In this document: piece by piece, positions 19,788 to 28,984 of the stretch
Layout: the number at the start of each line of letters is the position of its first letter
How positions within the stretch are numbered: position 1 is the stretch's first letter
Assembly: GCA_963775865.1 (NCBI GenBank)
Contig: CAVZKU010000001.1
Span: 229,510-293,509 of the forward strand
Length of the DNA stretch: 64,000 nucleotides
Direction of reading: 5' to 3'
DNA from: Candidatus Acidiferrales bacterium
GTDB lineage: Bacteria > Acidobacteriota > Terriglobia > Acidiferrales > UBA7541
Made by a program: the position numbers and the translations under genes
Notes under the pieces: model-generated
The model's database searches: none
What the model was told of the DNA's origin: nothing
Seen by the model: the letters and a program-made list of their open reading frames with translations, nothing else

Positions 19788-20447
19788 TTACTTCTTGGTT
19801 CCTTGGGTATTCGCGTTGTGCTTTTTGTTGTAGATGTTCTTGGACGCGGCGTTCTGCTCGTGGTTGACCTGCTGTTTTTCACCCTGGGTCAGTTTGCCGC
19901 CATTGGCCGTGCGGTCCGCCTTCACCTGCTGGTTGATATTCTTCTGTTGGTTTTCGAGCTTCGCCGTTTCGCCGGCGGTCAACTGGCCGCTCTTGATACC
20001 TTGGGCGATGCGGTCCTGTTGGTTCTCGCGACGCTGCCCCACTTGGTTGTTCCCGTAGTGAGCGGTATTGGCGTTGTGTTTATCGTTGTAAATCTGCTTC
20101 GAAAGCTGGTTCTGTTGCTGGTTGACCTGCTGCTTCTCGGTCGAGGTGAGTTTGCCACCGTTCGCCGCGCGGTCCGCACGGGTCTCGCCATTGATCGCCG
20201 CTTCCTTCGTTTCCAGGTTGGCGGTCTCACCAGCAGTCAACTGGCCGCTCTTCACGCCGTTGGCGATGCGGTCCTGCTGATTTTCCTTCCGTTGCGCCAC
20301 CTCGCCTGGCTTGGCCGGCGTGGTCGCCGGTGTGCCGGATGACGGCGTCGAAGAAGTGCCAGACGACGAATCCTGCGCGAGTGCTACCGTGCCCAGCAAA
20401 AGCACCGCTGCGGGCAATACGCTCCACTTCGAGATTTTGCTGCTCAT
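19788..20447 (-). CDS. Secreted Q/N-rich protein with two tandem ~75-85 aa repeats
   Basis: RBS AGGAGA and a signal peptide. QRxENQQDRIAxGxKSGQLTAGETAxLE...NGGKLTxxEKQQVN...IYNxKHN occurs twice. Confidence 0.85.
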   Translation of the reverse strand: MSSKISKWSVLPAAVLLLGTVALAQDSSSGTSSTPSSGTPATTPAKPGEVAQRKENQQDRIANGVKSGQLTAGETANLETKEAAINGETRADRAANGGKLTSTEKQQVNQQQNQLSKQIYNDKHNANTAHYGNNQVGQRRENQQDRIAQGIKSGQLTAGETAKLENQQKNINQQVKADRTANGGKLTQGEKQQVNHEQNAASKNIYNKKHNANTQGTKK

Positions 20448-20658
20448 GACCTGTTCTCTCCTTTTTGCGTCCTCGACGATCTTTCCCGGGGTACTCGGTA
20501 ATACCCAAGTTTGCGCAAAAAGTTGCGCGGTCTCTACTGGCCGCAGGAACAGTGGTGCGGATTCCGGAGAGCAGGAGGGCTATCGTTTTAGACACATTTT
20601 CTGCTACGCGTCGCAGGAAGAATAATGGAAGGAAAAGGGTCCTTTCGGGAGTCGTCGC

Positions 20659-21096
20659 CTAGGCAGGAGTGCCGCTCACCTCTAGCGAATTTACACTCTC
20701 TCCGCCCGCGCCAACAGCAGTAACTACATAATAATATACTCCGCTCGCCAACCCAGCGTCGGAGTAAGACGTTGCGGCAGTCGAAGCGATCAGGGCGTAC
20801 GGGCCGCCGCTCGTGCCCGAGCGTTTCACGTTGTAGTTACTGGCCCCGCCGCTGACGTTCCAGGTGAGAGTGACCTGGCCGCGCTCGGATTTCGCCGTAA
20901 TTCCGCTGGGAGCAGAGAGTTGCGCCGCCGGCGCAGGCGCCTGGGCAGCGCCGCCAGACATGCCCGACATCCCGTCCTTGAAACTGCGTATTCCTTCGCC
21001 TAAGCCCTTCATCACTTCAGGAATGCGCCGCCCGCCAAAGAAAATCAGGACGATGGCCAATACCACGAGCCAATGAAATATGCTGAATTCACCCAT
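20659..21096 (-). CDS. tatA: TatA/E family Tat translocase subunit fused to a C-terminal fibronectin type III domain
   Basis: RBS GGAGAG. MGEFSIFHWLVVLAIVLIFFGGRRIPEVMKGLGEGIRSFKDGM has the TatA TM, FG hinge and amphipathic helix. It continues in frame into APSGITA..VTLTW..YNVKR..GGPY..SYSD..YYYVVTAV..GES (FN3). Confidence 0.88.
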   Translation of the reverse strand: MGEFSIFHWLVVLAIVLIFFGGRRIPEVMKGLGEGIRSFKDGMSGMSGGAAQAPAPAAQLSAPSGITAKSERGQVTLTWNVSGGASNYNVKRSGTSGGPYALIASTAATSYSDAGLASGVYYYVVTAVGAGGESVNSLEVSGTPA

Positions 21097-21189
21097 AATC
21101 GCTCTCCACTCCGTCGTTGACACCCCGGTCGCCCGGATACCTCGGGCCATTTCTCTTCATTTTAGGCCGGAATCGTTTGCTTCCGTCCC

Positions 21190-23091
21190 CTACAGGATAA
21201 CACGCTCATCGCCCACGCGCCGCGTCAAGCGCTGCCGGTCCAGGTATTCCAGCAACGGAATCGCATACTTCCGTGTGATGCCGGTCAGTTCCTTAAACAT
21301 GGGTACGCCGATTCGCTCCCCCTTGGATTTCTTATAGGTTTGCAGCAACCCGGCTAATCGCCGGAGCGCGTCCCGGTGAAAGATGAGATCTGGCGAAATC
21401 CGCACCAACACTTTTTCCCGCAGCAGGATCTGCAGGATTTTCTCCGCGCGCCGGTTCTCCATCGCCAGTTGCGCCAGAACCTCTTTCACGAAAGGAACGG
21501 CCAGGCCAGCCTTGGCAAATGCTTGCTCGATCTGCTCTTTCGCGCGCGCCTCTTCCGGCGTCAACAGGATCTCTGCTCCGGGCTTTTTCACAAGTTCGCC
21601 CTGCAATGCCACTTTATTTTGCTTTGCCAATTCCTCCAGCGCTGCTCGGAAGGATTCCGTCTTTACTCGCCGCCCGACCGCAGCGCGTAACTCCTCGCGT
21701 GGGATGCCGGGCTGCAGAGGATTTTCCTTATGAAAGGTCTCGACGCGCGTGAGAATTTTTTTCGCAATTTCCTCGAACACGGGCTCGGCTAGGAGCCATA
21801 GCGGCTCCCGGCGCACCACGCGGATCGCGCCCGCTTTTGCTAGGTTTTCCGCGACGGCCCGGACCTCTGCCTCCATCCAGGCAGTCCGCGGAATAATTTC
21901 CGGCATCCCCAGTCCGAGGATATTTCTCTCCACCATGGCGAGAAGGATCTCCTCATGGGAACCTCGCTCCATCGTCTCCAGAAACTGTACGCGTCCACGG
22001 TCGTTCCGCGTGGGCCGACGCGCCAAAGGGTCTATGACTTGCCCACCTCCAATGGTCATCACCGGAGAGAATTGCCGCACGATAAACCGGTCGCCGCGCA
22101 CCACCACCACCTCGCCCGCCAATCGCAGTTGCAGCAAAGCGGCTTCGCCTGGAGGTACTTCCGACTTCTCGTAGAGAAGTACCTCTGCGATGCTTTCTGC
22201 GGTTCCCGCGTGAAAATGCACTTTTGCTCGATGCTTCAGTGGAGGCGCGCTCTCGAGCAACTCCATTCGCACGTCCATTCTTCGGGTATTTGCGAATTGT
22301 CCTGGGGACGCAATCACCATTCCGCGTCTGACTGCGCCATGGTCAATTCCCGAAAGATTCACGGCGGTCCGCTGGCCGGCTTGCCCTCGTTCCACCGCTT
22401 TGCCGCCCACCTGCACTCCGCGCACGCGGAGCAATTTCTTTTCCGGTAGCAGCTCTACTTCGTCTCCAGGCGCAATCTGTCCTGAAATCAACGTCCCCGT
22501 CACCACCGTCCCAAACCCTTTCACCGCAAAGGAGCGGTCAATGGGAAGTCGAAATTGCCGCCCCGACTGCTTTTCCGTAATTTTTCCGGCTTCGCTCTGC
22601 AACGCCTTCTTCAACTCCGCTAGTCCATCTCCAGTTTTCGCGCTCACCGGCAGAATTGGCGCTCCTTCGAGAAACGAGCCTTTTACAAAGTCCTCGAGTT
22701 CCAGCCGCACCATTTCCGCGCGATCCCGGTCGACCAGATCGATTTTTGTCACAGCGACCACGCCATGTTTCACTCCCAGCAGCCGGCAAATAGCAAAGTG
22801 TTCGCGCGTTTGTGGTTTGATTGCTTCATCCGCCGCAATCACCAGCAACACCAGGTCAATGCCCGAAGTGCCCGCGAGCATGTTCTTCACGAATCGTTCA
22901 TGTCCCGGCACGTCTACAAACCCGAAGCGCACGCCTTCTTGTTCGAGAAACGCAAAACCCAGGTCAATGGTAATTCCGCGCCGTTTCTCTTCTTCCAAAC
23001 GATCCGGGTGCGTCCCGGTCAGCGCCTCGATCAATGTGGACTTGCCATGATCGATGTGTCCCGCGGTTCCGACAATGATGCTTTTCGCCAT
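21190..23091 (-). CDS. selB: Selenocysteine-specific translation elongation factor SelB
   Basis: [37 protein letters not shown]-terminal winged-helix motif [21 protein letters not shown]. Confidence 0.97.
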   Translation of the reverse strand: MAKSIIVGTAGHIDHGKSTLIEALTGTHPDRLEEEKRRGITIDLGFAFLEQEGVRFGFVDVPGHERFVKNMLAGTSGIDLVLLVIAADEAIKPQTREHFAICRLLGVKHGVVAVTKIDLVDRDRAEMVRLELEDFVKGSFLEGAPILPVSAKTGDGLAELKKALQSEAGKITEKQSGRQFRLPIDRSFAVKGFGTVVTGTLISGQIAPGDEVELLPEKKLLRVRGVQVGGKAVERGQAGQRTAVNLSGIDHGAVRRGMVIASPGQFANTRRMDVRMELLESAPPLKHRAKVHFHAGTAESIAEVLLYEKSEVPPGEAALLQLRLAGEVVVVRGDRFIVRQFSPVMTIGGGQVIDPLARRPTRNDRGRVQFLETMERGSHEEILLAMVERNILGLGMPEIIPRTAWMEAEVRAVAENLAKAGAIRVVRREPLWLLAEPVFEEIAKKILTRVETFHKENPLQPGIPREELRAAVGRRVKTESFRAALEELAKQNKVALQGELVKKPGAEILLTPEEARAKEQIEQAFAKAGLAVPFVKEVLAQLAMENRRAEKILQILLREKVLVRISPDLIFHRDALRRLAGLLQTYKKSKGERIGVPMFKELTGITRKYAIPLLEYLDRQRLTRRVGDERVIL

Positions 23092-23185
23092 GCGCGTCCG
23101 TAAGGACACCCCCGTGGGGATGTCCTGCAGTTTTTGGGATGCCCGGAAAGAGGATTTGTCGCGTCCCTTCGCGTCTGCTGCGAGT

Positions 23186-23932
23186 TCAGCTCTTGGCGGC
23201 GGCGATCTCCTCCACGATTTCCTGAGCCGCCGCTCGCGGATCGCTGGCCGCCAAAATCGGCCGTCCCACCACAAGGAAATCTGCTCCTGCTTTGATGGCT
23301 TCGCGGGGTGTCGCAGTTCGCGCCTGATCGTCTTTCTTTTCTCCGGCGATTTTGCCCTTCGGACGTACCCCGGGAGTCACAATCAGAAAATCCTGGCCGC
23401 AGGCTTTGCGGATCGCTTTTGCTTCTTGGACGGAGGCGACAACCCCATCCACGCCGGCTTTTTGTGCCAGCCTCGCCAATTTCACTGCGTGGACCTTCGG
23501 CGCCCCGCGGATACCCACTTCGCGAATCGCCTTTTGGTCCATGCTCGTTAGGATGGTCACGGCAAGGAGTCGCGTGCGGTCTGCCCCCATGGGGACCCCC
23601 GCACTCACAGCTTGCGCTGCGGCGCGCAGCATCGCCGAACCACCAAGGGCATGCACGTTCACCAGTTGCACTTCGGGCATCGCCGCGGATGCCAGCACCG
23701 CTCCCGCAACCGTGTTCGGTATGTCGTGAAATTTAAGATCGAGGAAAATGCCGGCGCCCAATTGTGCCACTTGGCGAACCGACTCTGGTCCGGCACTGGT
23801 AAATAATTGGCTCCCGATTTTGAACATGCCAACGAGGTCCGCGACTCGTTTAGCGAAGTTCACCGCGGTGGTTAAGGAATCAAAGTCGAGGGCTACAATC
23901 AGGCTGCTGCGTGGATGGGCGTCGAATCTCAA
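23186..23932 (-). CDS. pyrF: Orotidine-5'-phosphate decarboxylase
   Basis: [29 protein letters not shown] and VVGRPI. Confidence 0.96.
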   Translation of the reverse strand: MRFDAHPRSSLIVALDFDSLTTAVNFAKRVADLVGMFKIGSQLFTSAGPESVRQVAQLGAGIFLDLKFHDIPNTVAGAVLASAAMPEVQLVNVHALGGSAMLRAAAQAVSAGVPMGADRTRLLAVTILTSMDQKAIREVGIRGAPKVHAVKLARLAQKAGVDGVVASVQEAKAIRKACGQDFLIVTPGVRPKGKIAGEKKDDQARTATPREAIKAGADFLVVGRPILAASDPRAAAQEIVEEIAAAKS

Positions 23933-23956
23933 GGTTCGGGGCGTGCGCGAAATTCC

Positions 23957-24406
23957 TCAGTTCGCATCAGCGTCGGCGTGGGTGTGCTTCGGCGGCACTT
24001 GCAAGAGTTCCAGCCGCACTTGGCTCACTCCCGAGTTGATCAGACCGATCTTCCGGGCTACGCGATAGGATACATCAATTTCGCGTCCTTCTTGGTAGGG
24101 ACCGCGGTCATTGATGCGCACAACCGCAAACTTGCCGTTCCGCGGGTTGACGATCCGTACCCAGGAGCCAAACGGTAGATTCGGGTGCGCGGCGGTCAAA
24201 CTCTCGGCGTTAAACCTCTCGCCGTCGGCAGTCTCTTTGCCATTAAACTCAGGCCCATACCAGCTGGCGTTCCCAACCCAGACCTTAATCGGTTGAACAG
24301 GAGCACTCAAGTGAGCGACTAGGGGGGCTTCTATGCCCGGAGCGATGAGGAACATCAGGGGTATCCAGCGAAACGCGGCCCAGGTCATAAAGAGTGGTCG
24401 TCGCAT
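23957..24406 (-). CDS. rlpA: RlpA-like lytic transglycosylase (DPBB domain)
   Basis: GNASWYG, TAAHPNLPFGS, VRINDRGP and IDVS. No SPOR domain. Confidence 0.88.
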   Translation of the reverse strand: MRRPLFMTWAAFRWIPLMFLIAPGIEAPLVAHLSAPVQPIKVWVGNASWYGPEFNGKETADGERFNAESLTAAHPNLPFGSWVRIVNPRNGKFAVVRINDRGPYQEGREIDVSYRVARKIGLINSGVSQVRLELLQVPPKHTHADADAN

Positions 24407-24462
24407 AGTGTGTTCTTTTCGCTACGAACTACTCAAAATTGTAGCACTAGTACCGCAGTATG

Positions 24463-25422
24463 TCAATCGCTTTCGGTGCGCAGTTTATCTCGTATCTCAC
24501 TGAAAGTTAATACCTTAACCTCTTCTAGAGCCCTTGCTAACCCTCCCACAATCGTCTCACTGGCCTTCGGGTCAGCAAAACTGGCCGTTCCTACCTGTAC
24601 GGCCGACGCGCCGACCATCATGTATTCAAGCACGTCCTCCGCCTTTTCGATCCCTCCCAAGCCAATCACCGGGATCTTGACAGCCTTTTGGGCTTCCCAG
24701 ACCAGCCGCAAAGTGATGGGTCGGATCGCTGGACCGGATAATCCACCCGTCACATTGCCCAGCCAGGGCTTCCCGCTCCTAACGTCAACAGCCAGCGCAG
24801 GATACGTGTTGGCAACGGTAAGTGCATCCGCTCCCGCTGATTCCGCCGTCCGCGCCATCAGCCCGATATCCGTGACCAACGGACTGAGTTTCACCCACAA
24901 GGGCCTCTCTTGCGCGACTCTCCGGGCCGCTTTTACGACCTCGTCGACAAGCCCAGGGTCGCTGCCGAACTGCATTCCGCCCTTTTTTACATTCGGACAG
25001 GAAATGTTAAGCTCATAGGCGGAAATGCCAGGGGCATCCTCCAACCGCCGGATAACCTCAACATACTCCTCCAAACAGTATCCAAAGACGTTCACGATCA
25101 GGTGAGTGTTGTATTTCTGCAACAGTGGTAACTTCTCATTGACGAACGCTTCGACCCCAATATTCTGCAGTCCGATGGCATTCAGCATCCCGGAGGGGGT
25201 TTCGTGTAACCGGGGAGCCGGTGCCCCTTCGATCGGCTCTTGGGATATTCCTTTGGTGACAAATCCGCCCAGCCGGTTCAGATCGACTAAGTGGGCGAAC
25301 TCCACCCCATACCCGAAGGTTCCGGCCGCAGTAAGGATGGGATTAGCAAGGCGCAAAGTGCCAACCTGCACGCTGAGGTCTACGCGATTCGAAGGGCTCA
25401 CACTGCCGAGGGAGGATAGCAC
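24463..25422 (-). CDS. pyrD: Dihydroorotate dehydrogenase, class 1B catalytic subunit
   Basis: NPILTAAGTFGYG, NAIGLQNIG, ELNISCPN, VKLSP and GGLSGPAIRP. GGAGG RBS before the GTG start. Confidence 0.93.
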   Translation of the reverse strand: MLSSLGSVSPSNRVDLSVQVGTLRLANPILTAAGTFGYGVEFAHLVDLNRLGGFVTKGISQEPIEGAPAPRLHETPSGMLNAIGLQNIGVEAFVNEKLPLLQKYNTHLIVNVFGYCLEEYVEVIRRLEDAPGISAYELNISCPNVKKGGMQFGSDPGLVDEVVKAARRVAQERPLWVKLSPLVTDIGLMARTAESAGADALTVANTYPALAVDVRSGKPWLGNVTGGLSGPAIRPITLRLVWEAQKAVKIPVIGLGGIEKAEDVLEYMMVGASAVQVGTASFADPKASETIVGGLARALEEVKVLTFSEIRDKLRTESD

Positions 25423-25467
25423 GGACCACCTCCGGGCTCACCGGAAAACCCGGTTTGCCACACAGCG

Positions 25468-27201
25468 TTACTTTCCCGAGCGCTTCGCGAGAGCTTCGCC
25501 GAGCACGCGGCCGTCATGCGTTGCGAGCGTCACACCCGTCAGGGCACCTAGCGTAGGAGCAATATCCGCTGGTGTGGCCTCTTCGAGATACTCGCCGTGC
25601 TGAATCCCGTAACCCATCAAGAGGATCGGTACGCGTTGATCGTAATAATAGGGAGTGCCGTGCCCGGTTCCCGTAGCAGGCTTTGCTCCGTCCGCGGATC
25701 CTTCGGTGAGCCAATAGGGCTGTTGCAGCACGAACATGTCTCCACTGCGTCCGGCAAAATAGCTTAACTCCACCGCCGTTCGCGTCTGCGAGACAGTTTT
25801 GAAACCGGCTCCCAATTCCTCCGCCCGAAAAGCCTCGGCAACGCCTGGCATGGAAAGGGTCGTATCGAGCAGAGCTTTCATGGCCGCGGGATCGTGTCTC
25901 AGTTGCGCGTAAATCCCCGGGGAAAAATAAACATCATTCCCGGCAAGGCGGGCAATCGCGGTTTTGCCGAGATTAAACGGTTCCAGCGCTCTCTCCATGC
26001 GGGCTTGCAATTCCGGCAGGCGTAACACACCGCTATCGAATCCGGTCTTTTCCATGTCCGCGGGAATGGGAGCGACCCCATGGTCCGCCGTGAGTGCCAC
26101 GAGATAGTTTCCGCGGCCCACCTTTTGATCCAGATGTGTGAACAATTCTCCTAAATCCTTATCGAGCCTTACCAGTATGTCCTGGATTTCCCAGCTTCGC
26201 GGGCCGAACGTGTGTCCGACATAATCCGTCGAGGAATAGCTAACTCCGAGATAATCCGGCGCTGCACCCTTTCCCAAGGCGAGCGAATCGATTGCCGCTT
26301 CGGCGAGCTTCGTCAGATAGGTGTCTGCAAATGGGCTAAGAGTCCACTGCTGGTAATACGTCTCGTCGGGCGAACCGCCGCCTTCTTTCCCGCGCAACGG
26401 AAAAGGAAATGTGGCTCCCCACCCATTCACCGTCGATGCACTTTCTACTTTTTCGTCATACCAATACTGGCTTCGCGGCAAGGAAAGCGCCCACGTTTTA
26501 CCGTAATCCGCTGTCACCGGATGCTTCTTCACGTACTCCTCAACAACCGAAAGAGTTCCGTAAGGCGCCGAGGTCACCCACGCGCCAGTGGCCGTATCAA
26601 ACCATACCGCTGCATCTGCTTTGTGGCCGGCCATGGTGAGTGCAGCTCTCGCCTTCAATGAAAATGTCACGACGCGCGTGGAGCCGCCCGTCTGAAACTT
26701 TAGTTCTTCGGCAAACGCGGGTAGCAGCATGCGCCATGCGGAATCTCCGCCCTTCGTCGTACCCCCGGCATACGCCGTGTTCTTCACGTTCGGGTCGCTC
26801 GTGCACGTCACCATCTTCTGTGCGTCGCGGTCCCACCACGCATTCGCCACTATGCCGTGGTTCATGGGAAACGCGCCGGTCGATATCGTGGCATGTCCCA
26901 CACACGTCTCCGTCGCCGCGTAGGGGTACGCCGCCGTGCGGAACCACGCCCCTTCGTCTAGCAACCGTTTTAACCCGCCATTCCATTGGCCACGAAACTT
27001 GTCGACATAATCCGCGCGCATCTGGTCCACGACAATCATCACCACGAGCTTTGGCCGGGCCCCGTGAACTGTGCTTTTTTCGGGGGCTGGCTTGGCATTC
27101 TGCGTCTCGGCGCAGGCTAATCCTGCGGCGAAGATCATCACCGCGATGCCCACGATCCACTTCGGCCGCGCTTTCCACTGAACTGCTGCCCCAAACATCA
27201 T
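25468..27201 (-). CDS. Alkaline phosphatase superfamily protein (PafA/NPP-like), secreted
   Basis: PKLVVMIVVDQMR, ETCVGHATISTG (Thr nucleophile), DYVGHTFGP, TADHG and GHGTPY. Confidence 0.88.
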   Translation of the reverse strand: MMFGAAVQWKARPKWIVGIAVMIFAAGLACAETQNAKPAPEKSTVHGARPKLVVMIVVDQMRADYVDKFRGQWNGGLKRLLDEGAWFRTAAYPYAATETCVGHATISTGAFPMNHGIVANAWWDRDAQKMVTCTSDPNVKNTAYAGGTTKGGDSAWRMLLPAFAEELKFQTGGSTRVVTFSLKARAALTMAGHKADAAVWFDTATGAWVTSAPYGTLSVVEEYVKKHPVTADYGKTWALSLPRSQYWYDEKVESASTVNGWGATFPFPLRGKEGGGSPDETYYQQWTLSPFADTYLTKLAEAAIDSLALGKGAAPDYLGVSYSSTDYVGHTFGPRSWEIQDILVRLDKDLGELFTHLDQKVGRGNYLVALTADHGVAPIPADMEKTGFDSGVLRLPELQARMERALEPFNLGKTAIARLAGNDVYFSPGIYAQLRHDPAAMKALLDTTLSMPGVAEAFRAEELGAGFKTVSQTRTAVELSYFAGRSGDMFVLQQPYWLTEGSADGAKPATGTGHGTPYYYDQRVPILLMGYGIQHGEYLEEATPADIAPTLGALTGVTLATHDGRVLGEALAKRSGK

Positions 27202-27313
27202 CGGAGAGTCTCCCTGATCTTTGCGAAGTCTAGCACGGCCGCAGGCTCCTTTTAGGAAGCGCTTGTTCAGCGCACTTTTCCTTTTCCTGACTTGTGTTAG
27301 CATTTACGCCGAC

Positions 27314-27862
27314 ATGCGAATCATCGAAAAGAGCCAGCTCATGTCTGCGGCGGAGATCGACCGGACCCTGCAGCGCCTCGCCCATCAGATCGTGGAGAAA
27401 AGTGGCGGTACGCGAAATCTAGCGCTCATCGGGATCCGCCGCCGTGGTGTTCCTCTGGCCGAGCGTATTGCCCGGGCGATGCGTGGCATTGACGGCGTGG
27501 AGGTGCCCGTCGGCACCCTCGATATCACGCTATACCGGGATGACCTTTCGAAGGTTGCTCCGCAGGCTGTCCTGCAGTCCTCGCACATCGCTTTTGGCGT
27601 TGACGCCATGGATTTAGTCCTGGTCGACGACGTCTTGTACACCGGGCGCACCATCCGCGCGGCGATGAACGGCTTATTCGACCTTGGGCGGCCCAAGCGT
27701 GTTTCGCTTTGTGTCTTGATCGACCGCGGCCATCGCGAGATGCCTATCGAAGCCCAATACACGGGGCGTACGGTTCAGACCAGGGAGAGTGAAATCATCG
27801 AAGTTCGCTTGCAGGAAATCGACAACGAAGAACGCGTCGTGCTCGTCGACCGCGTGGACTGA
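27314..27862 (+). CDS. pyrR: Bifunctional pyr regulator / uracil phosphoribosyltransferase PyrR
   Basis: GIRRRGVPLA, LDITLYRDD, LVDDVLYTGRT and DRGHREMPI. Confidence 0.95.
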   Translation: MRIIEKSQLMSAAEIDRTLQRLAHQIVEKSGGTRNLALIGIRRRGVPLAERIARAMRGIDGVEVPVGTLDITLYRDDLSKVAPQAVLQSSHIAFGVDAMDLVLVDDVLYTGRTIRAAMNGLFDLGRPKRVSLCVLIDRGHREMPIEAQYTGRTVQTRESEIIEVRLQEIDNEERVVLVDRVD

Positions 27863-27979
27863 GCCCACCTCGCCGGAAGTTTTTGCGTCCCAGAGGTTCT
27901 CCGCGTAAAATGAGTTCCGGTCAAGGGCGCGGCATTCCTATTCGTCCGAGATGCGCTTTCGCTCCTTACGAGAACAAAT

Positions 27980-28984
27980 GTGAACTACCGCTTTCGTGAT
28001 TTGCTCGCGATAGAGCCCCTCAGTGCAGACGAAATCACATTTTTCCTCGATCAATCCAAGCCGTTCCAGGAAATCCAGCGCAACCCGCTCAAAAAGCTTG
28101 CGACGCTGCGCGGCAAAACCGTCGCGCTCGCCTTCTTCGAAAACTCCACGCGCACGCGCCTGAGCTTCGGCACCGCCGCCTCCCGTCTCGGTGCGGATAC
28201 GATGAATCTGCAGGCGGAAGCTTCGAGCCTCAAAAAGGGAGAAACCCTTCTCGACACCGCCAATAATTTGAACGCGATGAAGCCGGATTGTTTTGTGATG
28301 CGCCATTCCTCTTCCGGAGCCGCCGACTTCGTCGCCCGGCATCTGGAGATCCCGGTCGTGAACGCCGGTGACGGCACGCACGAGCACCCTTCCCAAGGCT
28401 TGCTGGATGCCCTCACCATTCGTGATCGTAAGGGTTCCCTCGACAATTTGAATGTCACGATTCTCGGTGACATTGCGCATTCCCGCGTGGCGCGTTCGAA
28501 CATCCAGCTGCTCGGTAAGTTTGGCTGCCGATTTACTCTCTGCGGTCCCGCCATGTGGGTGCCCCGCGAACTGGAGCACATCGGGCCTCCCGGCACACCG
28601 ATTCGCTGCGTCTATCGCGTCGAGGAAGCACTCGAAGATGCCGACGTCATCATTGTGCTTCGGGTTCAGACCGAGCGGCTCTATGAGCCCTCGCTCTCCC
28701 AGAACGATTACATTCTGCTCTATCAGCTCAATGCCGAACGTATGAAGCTGGCCAAGCCGGACGCGCTCATCCTTCATCCTGGACCGATCAATCGCGGCAC
28801 GGAGATTACCCCCGACGTCGCCGATGGCCCGCGCTCCGCCGTCCTCGAACAAGTGACGAATGGCGTCTCTGTGCGCATGGCTATTCTGTATTTGCTCATG
28901 GTTGGCGCGAGCGCAGGGGTACATCCCGCACTCGAAGAAAAAACCGCAGCATCACCCAAGGAATCTGCTCATGCTTCTGATTAA
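27980..28984 (+). CDS. pyrB: Aspartate carbamoyltransferase catalytic subunit
   Basis: FFENSTRTR, SSLKKGETL, NAGDGTHEHPSQ, HSRVARS and HPGPINRG. Confidence 0.96.
   Translation: MNYRFRDLLAIEPLSADEITFFLDQSKPFQEIQRNPLKKLATLRGKTVALAFFENSTRTRLSFGTAASRLGADTMNLQAEASSLKKGETLLDTANNLNAMKPDCFVMRHSSSGAADFVARHLEIPVVNAGDGTHEHPSQGLLDALTIRDRKGSLDNLNVTILGDIAHSRVARSNIQLLGKFGCRFTLCGPAMWVPRELEHIGPPGTPIRCVYRVEEALEDADVIIVLRVQTERLYEPSLSQNDYILLYQLNAERMKLAKPDALILHPGPINRGTEITPDVADGPRSAVLEQVTNGVSVRMAILYLLMVGASAGVHPALEEKTAASPKESAHASD

Noticed and set aside
21190-23091. Selenoproteins with in-frame UGA near selB
   Set aside because: No gene in the window shows a UGA at a conserved Cys position with continued homology, and selA/selD are not present here.
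25423-25464. Possible pyrK 3' relic (CVANRVFR vs CVDGPVF)
   Set aside because: The match is too short to distinguish from chance.
27880-27915. PyrR binding loop (GTCCCAGAGGTT) before pyrB
   Set aside because: It is one base shorter than ARUCCNGNGAGGYU and has no terminator/antiterminator. It is better explained as the spacer of a TTGCGT-N17-TAAAAT promoter.
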